Of a stretch of 45,166 bases of DNA, positions 17,836 through 24,720 are shown in pieces. How positions within the stretch are numbered: the stretch's first letter is position 1; the number at the start of each line of letters is the position of its first letter. The notes beneath the pieces are model-generated. The model saw nothing but the letters and a program-made list of their open reading frames with translations. It ran no database searches and was not told where the DNA came from. The stretch lies in the NCBI GenBank assembly GCA_002774185.1, contig PEZG01000057.1, positions 1-45,166 on the forward strand, written 5' to 3'. The DNA is from Candidatus Roizmanbacteria bacterium CG09_land_8_20_14_0_10_41_9. Its GTDB lineage: Bacteria; Patescibacteriota; Microgenomatia; UBA1406; GWC2-37-13. The position numbers were made by a program, and so were the translations under genes.

Positions 17836-18270
17836 AGATTTGTCCGTGCTACCCCATCCTCCTCGAGAAGCTTTTGAGAGAGCTCGTTTTTCTATGAAAG
17901 AGGTAATCTTGGCAATTTTAACGCATATTGCTTGCGCAATACGTTCTCCCTTTTCCACCGTGACCGGTTCTTTTGAAAAATTCACTACCTGGAGACCGAT
18001 TTCATCCTTGTCCCCGTGGTAATCTTGGTCAATGATCCCAATACCGTTGGAGACCATAAGTGTTTTTTTGATGGGAAGAGACGACCGGCACGCCAAAAGC
18101 AAAAAGTATCCTTTGGGAATCTTGATGATTACATTTAAAGGAATGATCGTCGGTTGGAATGGGAGGATGATTTTTGATTCGCGCGCTACAAGGTCGAAGG
18201 CGACAGATCCCTTTGTTTGATACTGGGGAAGAGGGAGAATTTTGTCAATTCGCTTTATCTGTATTTTCAT
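17830..18270 (-). CDS. dut: dUTP diphosphatase
   Basis: Trimeric dUTPase motifs (GSVAFDL, SSLPIKK, GIGIIDQDYHGD, C-terminal SRGGWGST). Confidence 0.75.
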   Translation of the reverse strand: MKIQIKRIDKILPLPQYQTKGSVAFDLVARESKIILPFQPTIIPLNVIIKIPKGYFLLLACRSSLPIKKTLMVSNGIGIIDQDYHGDKDEIGLQVVNFSKEPVTVEKGERIAQAICVKIAKITSFIEKRALSKASRGGWGSTDKSS

Positions 18271-18302
18271 ACTAGGTATTTATAGCATATTTGAATCTAC
18301 TT

Positions 18303-19157
18303 TTATATGACGAGAAGAACTCCAATAGAACTGATACATACTCCGACGATTTTCCTTAACAAATTTTTCCTTTCCTTTAAAAAAACTACGGCCAGTATTA
18401 CGGTCATAATGGTAGTTGTTTGATTTATTGAAGCGATCTGTGCGGCATTTTTCCCGACTTTGTATGCTTCAAATATGGTTACGGCTTGTATTGCGTACAA
18501 AAGAATGAATACTATCAATCGGGCAAGAGTTTTGACCCGAAATACTGTTTTTATCTTCATAAGCGGCCGGCGGTAAACAGCCCCTATGAATAGTCCTTGG
18601 GCGAAAAGAACCAAAGCGAAATAGAAGGAAACATTTATTTTTGTAATCACATACGCATCATTCACAAATTCCATTCCATAGCAGATCGCGGCAAAAATCG
18701 CTAAGACATACCCTGAATGGAAAGAAAAAGACTTTTTTTCCCAAGAAATAAGAACAATACTCAAAATTATGAACATCGTCCCTATGAATTGAACGGAGGA
18801 AAACGGTTCTTTCAAAAACAGGATGGCGGAAGCGATGGTGAAAAAAACCCTAGATGAAAAAATAATAGTGAATTCAGAGGCATCAATCCGCTTCAGTGCC
18901 TGAAAAATCAACGCGTTTCCCACTCCATACAAAAGAATAGGAAGAACAATATTGGGTATGAACGGTATGAGATTTGGGATGGTCACGCCACGGATGAAGA
19001 CGTAACCTCCGAGCGTTAAACCGGTCAGAATCTGGAATACGATACAGAATGCAATAGGATCACTATCAGGTTCTTTGAGCAATGTTTTTTGCAAAAGTAC
19101 GGAAATAGCGTACGTAGCGATACTTATCGTAAGAAGTATTTGCCATCCGTTAATCAT
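18303..19157 (-). CDS. EamA/DMT-family transporter
   Basis: About 10 predicted TM helices arranged as two repeated halves, typical of the DMT superfamily. Confidence 0.7.
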   Translation of the reverse strand: MINGWQILLTISIATYAISVLLQKTLLKEPDSDPIAFCIVFQILTGLTLGGYVFIRGVTIPNLIPFIPNIVLPILLYGVGNALIFQALKRIDASEFTIIFSSRVFFTIASAILFLKEPFSSVQFIGTMFIILSIVLISWEKKSFSFHSGYVLAIFAAICYGMEFVNDAYVITKINVSFYFALVLFAQGLFIGAVYRRPLMKIKTVFRVKTLARLIVFILLYAIQAVTIFEAYKVGKNAAQIASINQTTTIMTVILAVVFLKERKNLLRKIVGVCISSIGVLLVI

Positions 19158-19184
19158 AAAAGTATGGATATGACCCTTTTTTTA

Positions 19185-20150
19185 TTATATCGTAATTATT
19201 CGCTCCTGCACCCCCTTTTTATTTTGTTTCTTTTCCTTTTGCAACAAGTCGCGGAAGGATTTATCTATGAAGCTCAGTCGTTTAAGTCCCGAAGCGGTAA
19301 CGACTTGGGGATCCACGTAACGAAATTTTTTATGCAGTGCTTTTCTTCCTTTCGGAAGATGGTCTAGCGACTTGTTCTTTAACAGGGTTAGGATCGAATG
19401 GATTTTTTTATTGGAGGATTTTTTTAGTTTCTTCACAACAAAATCATCATATTTCCAAAGATCCTCACTGCGTATGATGTTTTTATCCAGAGCTTCTTTT
19501 AAGGCTTGTGCAAAGATTCTATACCTCACGACCGCTTCAAATCCACCCCAATGTTTTTTTTGCCGATCCAAAAAATTCTTGGCAAAGAGTATGGCTAATT
19601 CCCTATCATTAAACACGATCCGATCCTTGGTTACCGTTATTCCGCTCAAACATAGACGAGCGGTTTTTATAGGAAACTCTCTCAAAGCGTAATCTATACG
19701 GTCTGCGCACAAATCAGGAATTCGTTGCTCGAGTAGTCCAAACAAATAGTAATTGGTTATAAGGTTTGGGTCGATGTCGTATTTCATAAGAATCGCCTTA
19801 ATTTCAGAGTTAAGGATGAAGGACTTGTGTTGATTGTCTTGGTATTCTTCCAGTTCGCTCATGTTATATACGTAATCAATAACATGCGAAAAGGCAGTAT
19901 GGGAAACATCATGAAGGAGTCCAGCGATTTGTTCAAGTTCGGACGCCTCCAATTTCCTCAGCAATAGGAAAACTCCAACGCTATGATCATACCGGGAATA
20001 ACCTTTCAGATGATAAAGCTGATCCGGTACTCCAAATTGAGCGATTTTTTTTAGTCTTTGAACGGGAGAGGATTTAAGCAGCTTAATAATTACAGGAGAG
20101 GTGATCTTATAAGTTCCATAGATCTTGTCGAAGATCGTTATTGATTTCAT
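19185..20150 (-). CDS. HD-domain phosphohydrolase (COG1078 / SAMHD1-like pattern)
   Basis: YSRYDHSVGV ... AGLLHDVSHTAFSH ... CADRIDY blocks. ATGA overlap with the upstream Nudix gene. Confidence 0.7.
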   Translation of the reverse strand: MKSITIFDKIYGTYKITSPVIIKLLKSSPVQRLKKIAQFGVPDQLYHLKGYSRYDHSVGVFLLLRKLEASELEQIAGLLHDVSHTAFSHVIDYVYNMSELEEYQDNQHKSFILNSEIKAILMKYDIDPNLITNYYLFGLLEQRIPDLCADRIDYALREFPIKTARLCLSGITVTKDRIVFNDRELAILFAKNFLDRQKKHWGGFEAVVRYRIFAQALKEALDKNIIRSEDLWKYDDFVVKKLKKSSNKKIHSILTLLKNKSLDHLPKGRKALHKKFRYVDPQVVTASGLKRLSFIDKSFRDLLQKEKKQNKKGVQERIITI

Positions 20151-20626
20151 ATCGTTTTATAAGAACCGATTTCAAGATGATATTCTACCACTTCTTCCTT
20201 CTTGTTAAAAATAAATTTACCGTTAAGCAGTTTGCCAGACAATATGGCCGGAAGCCAGTATATATCGTCTTTCCACATCAGGTGAAAGGGAAGATTGTTT
20301 TTCTTAAACCAGCGCGGTAGCATTTCCTTTGTTTCAATTAGCTCTCCACTCCATTCGCTTACTAAAAAAACATGCACTCGTTGATCAAAAGTTTTTCCTT
20401 CAAATTTATCCGCATAGTAAAAATCCAACGTGGCCACTTGTTTTAAATTGTGCGGAGTGACGCCGATTTCTTCTATTGTCTCACGGATAGTAGCATCTTC
20501 TATTTTTTCTCCCCGCTGCACTTTCCCGCCTACTCCATTCCATTTCCCTTTTCCAAAACCTCTCTTCTTCATGGCGAGCAAGATTTGATTTTTCTTAATG
20601 AGAAAGCTTAGAGTGGTTTTTCTCAT
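20147..20626 (-). CDS. Nudix hydrolase of MTH1/NUDT1 type (oxidised purine dNTP pyrophosphatase-like)
   Basis: LLAMKKRGFGKGKWNGVGGKVQRGEKIEDATIRETIEEIGV and MLPRWFKKNNLPFHLMWKDDIYWLP closely parallel human MTH1 as I recall it ([66 protein letters not shown]). Confidence 0.8.
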   Translation of the reverse strand: MRKTTLSFLIKKNQILLAMKKRGFGKGKWNGVGGKVQRGEKIEDATIRETIEEIGVTPHNLKQVATLDFYYADKFEGKTFDQRVHVFLVSEWSGELIETKEMLPRWFKKNNLPFHLMWKDDIYWLPAILSGKLLNGKFIFNKKEEVVEYHLEIGSYKTI

Positions 20627-21558
20627 GACGACTGTCCTCTTACTACGCCTTGATTATACGAAACAAATTTGAAATAAGAAACCTTTTTCTTTTGACAATA
20701 GTTTTCAAACTTGTCATTATCGTCTGTGTAAAAAAGAATAAAACCAGACCCCTGTTTTTTCCCTCCGGCGCCCGTTATTTTTCCAACTCCAAATCGTTTG
20801 AGCCTAAGTAGTAACCTTTTTGCTTCTCCGGAAACAACCTTAAGTTTCTCTAGTGCTCTTTGATTTTCTTGGAGAGCTTTCTTGAAACAGAATTGGTTCC
20901 CCTCTGCGATCGCGATCGTAACCTTCTTTGTACTCTTCTCTATCATATTCAAAATTCTCTCCATTCTTGCCGGCTTAATGGCATATTGTTCTTCAACTAG
21001 TCTAACCATCTCTGCAGTGTTTTCTGCCGGTTTCCCGCTATCGATAAGGTAAAGTCTATCTTCGATTATTTTTGGAACTTTAAAAGGTAGTGGGGAGATT
21101 TTTTTTAAAAACTTGAACTCTTTTCGGTAATAGATCAGCCCGCCGAAGCAAGAAGCGCATGTATCGACTCCTGAAGCATTCTGATGGAACCGTTTTTCAA
21201 CTTCGTGTGCAATATCACTAATTGTTTCTTTGTCAAACTCTCTCCCCGTATACAGGAAAAGGAAGGCAGCGGTTGTTGCAACTGAAAACGCTGCCGATGA
21301 TCCCAGTCCCCTTCCTATAGGAATATCTGAACTAATCTTGCAGCGGAATGGAATATTGCGAAATGTGATTTTCTTTCTCGTCAGATACTCTTTTACTTTT
21401 TCAGCAACAAAAAGAACATTTTTAGTATTTGTTGTTCCCCGAGACGCATCCAGAGAACAAGTAAGCCGTAAATGAATCGCAGAAACAAGCGCAGGTCTTC
21501 CGTAGACTACCGCATGTTCACCGGAAATGATTACTTTAGCAGGCGCAGAAAATCCCAT
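20623..21558 (-). CDS. mvk: GHMP kinase, best match by eye is mevalonate kinase
   Basis: APAKVIISGEHAVVYGRPAL, PIGRGLGSSAA, SGVDTCASCFGG and KITGAGGKKQG motifs. Confidence 0.65.
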   Translation of the reverse strand: MGFSAPAKVIISGEHAVVYGRPALVSAIHLRLTCSLDASRGTTNTKNVLFVAEKVKEYLTRKKITFRNIPFRCKISSDIPIGRGLGSSAAFSVATTAAFLFLYTGREFDKETISDIAHEVEKRFHQNASGVDTCASCFGGLIYYRKEFKFLKKISPLPFKVPKIIEDRLYLIDSGKPAENTAEMVRLVEEQYAIKPARMERILNMIEKSTKKVTIAIAEGNQFCFKKALQENQRALEKLKVVSGEAKRLLLRLKRFGVGKITGAGGKKQGSGFILFYTDDNDKFENYCQKKKVSYFKFVSYNQGVVRGQSS

Positions 21559-21624
21559 ACTAATTGGAGTCCGATCTTGTTTGAGGAATCATTCTTCCAT
21601 TACGAAGATGGAGACATTGAGAGC

Positions 21625-21781
21625 AAGTTCAAAGTTTAAAGTGCAAAATTAAAAGTTTCAGTTTAAAATTCAAAATTTTATTTAGCTTCTTACTTTGAAC
21701 TGCAACTTTGATACTTCGGCTTTGTTCAGTATCATCCTGAGCTTGTCGAAGGATGAACTTTGCATTTTGAATTTTTAACTT
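21625..21781. repeat. AT-rich intergenic repeat element (copy 1 of a family) with an embedded GC-rich hairpin (21733-21755)
   Basis: Contains tttaaaattcaaaatt (21662-21677), aactgcaacttt (21698-21709) and ttgaatttttaactt (21767-21781). Each is shared exactly with copies at about 37.3 kb and/or 44.3 kb. Confidence 0.8.
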
Positions 21782-21848
21782 ATTAGTAATAGTGGCCGCT
21801 GAGGGACTTCTCCTTACTTGCGCTTTGGAGGATAAATTGAATCCCTCG

Positions 21849-21921
21849 TGGTCGCGACAGGACTCGAACCTGTGACCTTTCGGATGTAAGCCGAGCGCTC
21901 TACCAACTGAGCTACGCGACC
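21849..21921 (-). tRNA. tRNA-Val (anticodon TAC), CCA not encoded
   Basis: Hand-folded cloverleaf: GGTCGCG/CGCGACC acceptor, GCTC/GAGC D stem, anticodon loop CTTACAT, T arm ACAGG-TTCGAGT-CCTGT. 73 nt. Confidence 0.9.
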
Positions 21922-21950
21922 GAACACTCCTTTATCCCATAGCCAACTGA

Positions 21951-21971
21951 CCTGCCCGCCGGCAGGCGGGG
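21951..21971. repeat. GC-rich palindromic element (cctgcccgccggcaggcgggg), copy A
   Basis: Self-complementary. A near-identical 22-mer in the same orientation occurs at 42896-42917. Confidence 0.75.
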
Positions 21972-21994
21972 CTAAGCGGCCAAAAAAAGAAAAG

Positions 21995-22032
21995 TGGGTG
22001 TGGATAGAATCGAACTATCGCTCTGTTCTTTA
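21995..22032 (-). other. tRNA 3'-half-like fragment (anticodon-stem 3' strand, variable loop, T arm, acceptor 3' strand)
   Basis: The minus strand reads TAAAGAACAGAGC-GATAG-TTCGATT-CTATC-CACACCC-A. Its first 16 nt are identical to the corresponding part of tRNA-Ile at 22061-22132. No matching 5' acceptor strand (GGGTGTG) was found upstream. Confidence 0.6.
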
Positions 22033-22060
22033 CCGCGCCCGACTTTGCCATGACTACTTG

Positions 22061-22132
22061 TGCGCTCTGATGGAGTCGAACCATCGCTCTGTTCTTTATC
22101 AGAGAACTGTTTTACCGTTAAACTAAGAGCGC
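22061..22132 (-). tRNA. tRNA-Ile (anticodon GAT), CCA not encoded
   Basis: Hand-folded: GCGCTCT/AGAGCGC acceptor, GTTT-AACGGTA-AAAC D arm, GTTCT-CTGATAA-AGAAC anticodon arm, GATGG-TTCGACT-CCATC T arm. 72 nt. Confidence 0.85.
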
Positions 22133-22187
22133 AAAATATCAAAGTCATGGCGGGCGGGTCAGAGAACTGTGGCGCACTTATGTGCCC

Positions 22188-22196
22188 ATTATAGCA
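22188..22196 (-). promoter_or_regulatory. Extended -10 promoter (TGcTATAAT on the minus strand) for the tRNA-Ile/tRNA-Val transcription unit
   Basis: The reverse complement of 22188-22196 is tgctataat. It lies about 55 nt upstream of the tRNA-Ile 5' end. Confidence 0.5.
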
Positions 22197-22206
22197 TAAA
22201 TTTGTT

Positions 22207-22236
22207 TTGACTATTTCTCTTCCGCGGTAGTATAAT
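22207..22236 (+). promoter_or_regulatory. Consensus sigma70 promoter (TTGACT, 18 nt, TATAAT) ending 5 nt before the ATG at 22242
   Basis: TTGACT at 22207-22212 and TATAAT at 22231-22236. There is no room for a Shine-Dalgarno, so the mRNA is predicted to be leaderless. Confidence 0.6.
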
Positions 22237-22241
22237 ATACC

Positions 22242-23456
22242 ATGATTTATTTCTCTGAACTCAGAGGAAAAAGCGTCTTCACCGAGGATAATGTATATGT
22301 CGGAAAGTTGGATGACCTCATTTTTTTAGTCTCAGAAAAGCCTAAAATCACCAAATTGGTCATCTTGAGTAAAACACAGGGCGATTTAGTAATCCCGCAG
22401 GAATATCTCAAGAAAATTAACACCACATTGGTAATACAGAAGGATTTCAACACCTCAGAACTTCAAGAGAACGAACTGTATATATTGAGAAATATTCTTG
22501 ACAAGCAGATTATCGATCTTGTGGGTCATAAAGTCGTGCGCGTGAATGATGTCGCTATACAAGACAAGGGAGAATTATATGTCGCCGGAGTTGATATTGG
22601 ATTACTTGGAGTTTTTAGGCAATTTGGAATGGAGCGTTTTCTAATAAAATCCGCAAATTCGTTCGGAGTTAAGCTTACCCCAAGATTTCTATCTTGGGCA
22701 GATATACAGCCTCTTGAGCTGGCGCGGGGCAAAGTGCAGCTCAGAAAAGAGGAAGAAAAACTCCAAAAAATGCGAGCGGAAGACCTTGCTGATTATTTGG
22801 AAAAAACCAACATAGTCAATGTCAGGAAAATCCTTCGCATATTGGATGAGAAATTTGCAGCAGAAGTCATTGGGAATTTGAACATAAACTATCAGACGTC
22901 ACTTTTTAAACATTTTTCCTCGGAAAAGGCGGCGAAAGTACTTTCGTATATTGATCCGGATGAAGCCGTTGACATTCTTCTCACTTTTCACAAAAAAAAG
23001 AGAGATGAAATTCTAAGTTTAATGGATCACGATCAAAAGAAAGTACTCAAATACCTTCTTTCTCTCCCACAGACTCCGATTGGCGATATCCTCACGACAG
23101 AATATGTTACCGTGTATCCTGAAAATACTTCCCAAGAAGTAATCCATAAAATTAAAGATGAAGCGGCGGATTTCGCCAGTCTTTACCATATCTACGTAGT
23201 TAATAAAGAGAATCAAATTATGGGAGTTTTCAACCTTCACGAGCTTTTGGTGCAAAACAGCGACATTCCTGTTTACAAATTCATGGTTCAAAATGTGATA
23301 GTCGTTCACCTCACTACATCAAAAGAGATCGTACTAAAAAAAATGCTCAAATATAAAATTGTTGCGTTGCCGGTCATTGACAAAGAACGCCACATGATCG
23401 GATTGGTATCCATAGACGATATTATGGAGTTTATTTTTGAAAAAGCGATTATATAA
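22242..23456 (+). CDS. Soluble MgtE-type cytosolic module: PRC-barrel-like N-terminus, MgtE-N domain and a CBS pair, with no transmembrane domain
   Basis: AEDLADYLEKT...AAEVIGNL...DPDEAVDILL matches the MgtE N domain. Two CBS-like repeats follow (YVTVYPENTS...IYVVNKENQIMGVFNLHELL and VIVVHLTTS...ALPVIDKERHMIGLVSIDDIMEF). The protein ends where MgtE TM helices would begin. Confidence 0.75.
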   Translation: MIYFSELRGKSVFTEDNVYVGKLDDLIFLVSEKPKITKLVILSKTQGDLVIPQEYLKKINTTLVIQKDFNTSELQENELYILRNILDKQIIDLVGHKVVRVNDVAIQDKGELYVAGVDIGLLGVFRQFGMERFLIKSANSFGVKLTPRFLSWADIQPLELARGKVQLRKEEEKLQKMRAEDLADYLEKTNIVNVRKILRILDEKFAAEVIGNLNINYQTSLFKHFSSEKAAKVLSYIDPDEAVDILLTFHKKKRDEILSLMDHDQKKVLKYLLSLPQTPIGDILTTEYVTVYPENTSQEVIHKIKDEAADFASLYHIYVVNKENQIMGVFNLHELLVQNSDIPVYKFMVQNVIVVHLTTSKEIVLKKMLKYKIVALPVIDKERHMIGLVSIDDIMEFIFEKAII

Positions 23457-23469
23457 GCTTAATTTCCTT

Positions 23470-24717
23470 ATGGATAAGATAGCCTTTGGAAAACTCAAAA
23501 GAAAGCTATTGATATTCCTGGCGGTTTTCGGTCCGGCGACAGTCACTGCCATGGCCGACAACGATGCTGCAGGAGTTGCGACGTACTCTTTGGCCGGAGC
23601 CAAATTTGGATATTCTATCCTGTTTGTCCTTCTTCTTGTCACGATCCTTCTTGCGATTACTCAGGAGATGGGTGTAAGGATTGCCATGATTACGGGAAAA
23701 GGATTGGGAGATCTCATCAGGGAAAGGTATGGGGTAAAACTGTCTGTATTTGTTTTTTTCGGGCTTCTGATCGCAAACATGGGTACGGTTATTGCTAATT
23801 TTGCCGCAATAAAAATAACGGCATCCATGTTCGGTTTTCCGCCGACAGTATTAATCGTCGGAATAGTAATCCTGTCATTTTTATTCATCACGAAAGGTAG
23901 TTATAAAACAAACCAAAATATTTTTCTCATCTCGTCTATCTTTTATTTTGCATACGTAATCTCCGCGGTTAAAGCGCAACCGGATTGGAGCAGGGCCTTT
24001 ACAAGTGTTGTATTTCCGACAGGGATTCAATTCTCCAGGGAATTCGTATTTGCCTCAATAGCCGTTGTAGGAACTACCATCACCCCTTGGGGCCAGTTTT
24101 TTGTACACAGTTTTGTCCTGGATAAAAAATTATCTCCGGATAAGTTAAAATACGAACAATTTGAGACTTTTTTCGGAGCTTTTTTAACGAATTTCTTTTC
24201 TTTTTTTATGATCGTTGCGACGGCCGCAACATTGTTCGTCAATGGAATCCCTCTTATCACAGGGGAACAAGCCGCATTAGCAATCAAACCGTTCGCGGGA
24301 CAGCTTGCAAGCGTACTTTTCGGTTTGGGTATCTTGAACGCAGGATTCATGGGGATTGTCATCGTGTCTTTGACAACCGCATATGCGTTTGCCGAATTTT
24401 TCGGAGTCGAGGGAAGCTTGGATGCTCCCTTTGAAAAAGGAAAAGTATTTTATGGCATTTTCCTTTTCCAGTTGATCGTGGCGGCTTTCATTGTAATGAA
24501 TCCTGCAATTTCATTGTTTAAAATCGTCTTCTATACCCAATCATTAAACGGCGTACTATTACCGCTTATTCTTTATTTTCTCTTAAAAATTACCAATGAC
24601 AAAGAATTGATGGGAATGTACGTAAATAAAAAGTGGTATAACTATTTTGCAGTGATATCTTCAATCGTGATTATTTTTGCCTTCTTATTTACGTTAATTT
24701 CTTCAATTGTAGGGTAA
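23470..24717 (+). CDS. NRAMP (SLC11)-related transporter with a non-canonical metal-site signature
   Basis: About 11 TM helices. The TM1 region GPATVTAMADNDAAGVATYSLAGA aligns to the NRAMP ...DPGN... block as D-A-A-G. The TM6 region GTTITPWGQFFVHS aligns to ...A-x-I-M-P-H... as T-T-I-T-P-W. ATG at 23470 chosen because the track start at 23437 is TTG. Confidence 0.7.
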   Translation: MDKIAFGKLKRKLLIFLAVFGPATVTAMADNDAAGVATYSLAGAKFGYSILFVLLLVTILLAITQEMGVRIAMITGKGLGDLIRERYGVKLSVFVFFGLLIANMGTVIANFAAIKITASMFGFPPTVLIVGIVILSFLFITKGSYKTNQNIFLISSIFYFAYVISAVKAQPDWSRAFTSVVFPTGIQFSREFVFASIAVVGTTITPWGQFFVHSFVLDKKLSPDKLKYEQFETFFGAFLTNFFSFFMIVATAATLFVNGIPLITGEQAALAIKPFAGQLASVLFGLGILNAGFMGIVIVSLTTAYAFAEFFGVEGSLDAPFEKGKVFYGIFLFQLIVAAFIVMNPAISLFKIVFYTQSLNGVLLPLILYFLLKITNDKELMGMYVNKKWYNYFAVISSIVIIFAFLFTLISSIVG

Positions 24718-24720
24718 AAA

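Noticed and set aside
21625-21781. The AT-rich repeats (also at 37299-37382 and 44261-44368) as CRISPR arrays
   Set aside because: There are no regularly spaced identical direct repeats with unique spacers. The units are short, degenerate and palindromic, and no cas genes are nearby.
21995-22190. The outer tRNA-like halves as a functional intron-containing or split tRNA
   Set aside because: The 3' acceptor strand CACACCC has no complementary GGGTGTG upstream. The 5' part offers GGGCACA, and no normal D arm is present. I report it as an unusual structure only, not as a tRNA gene.
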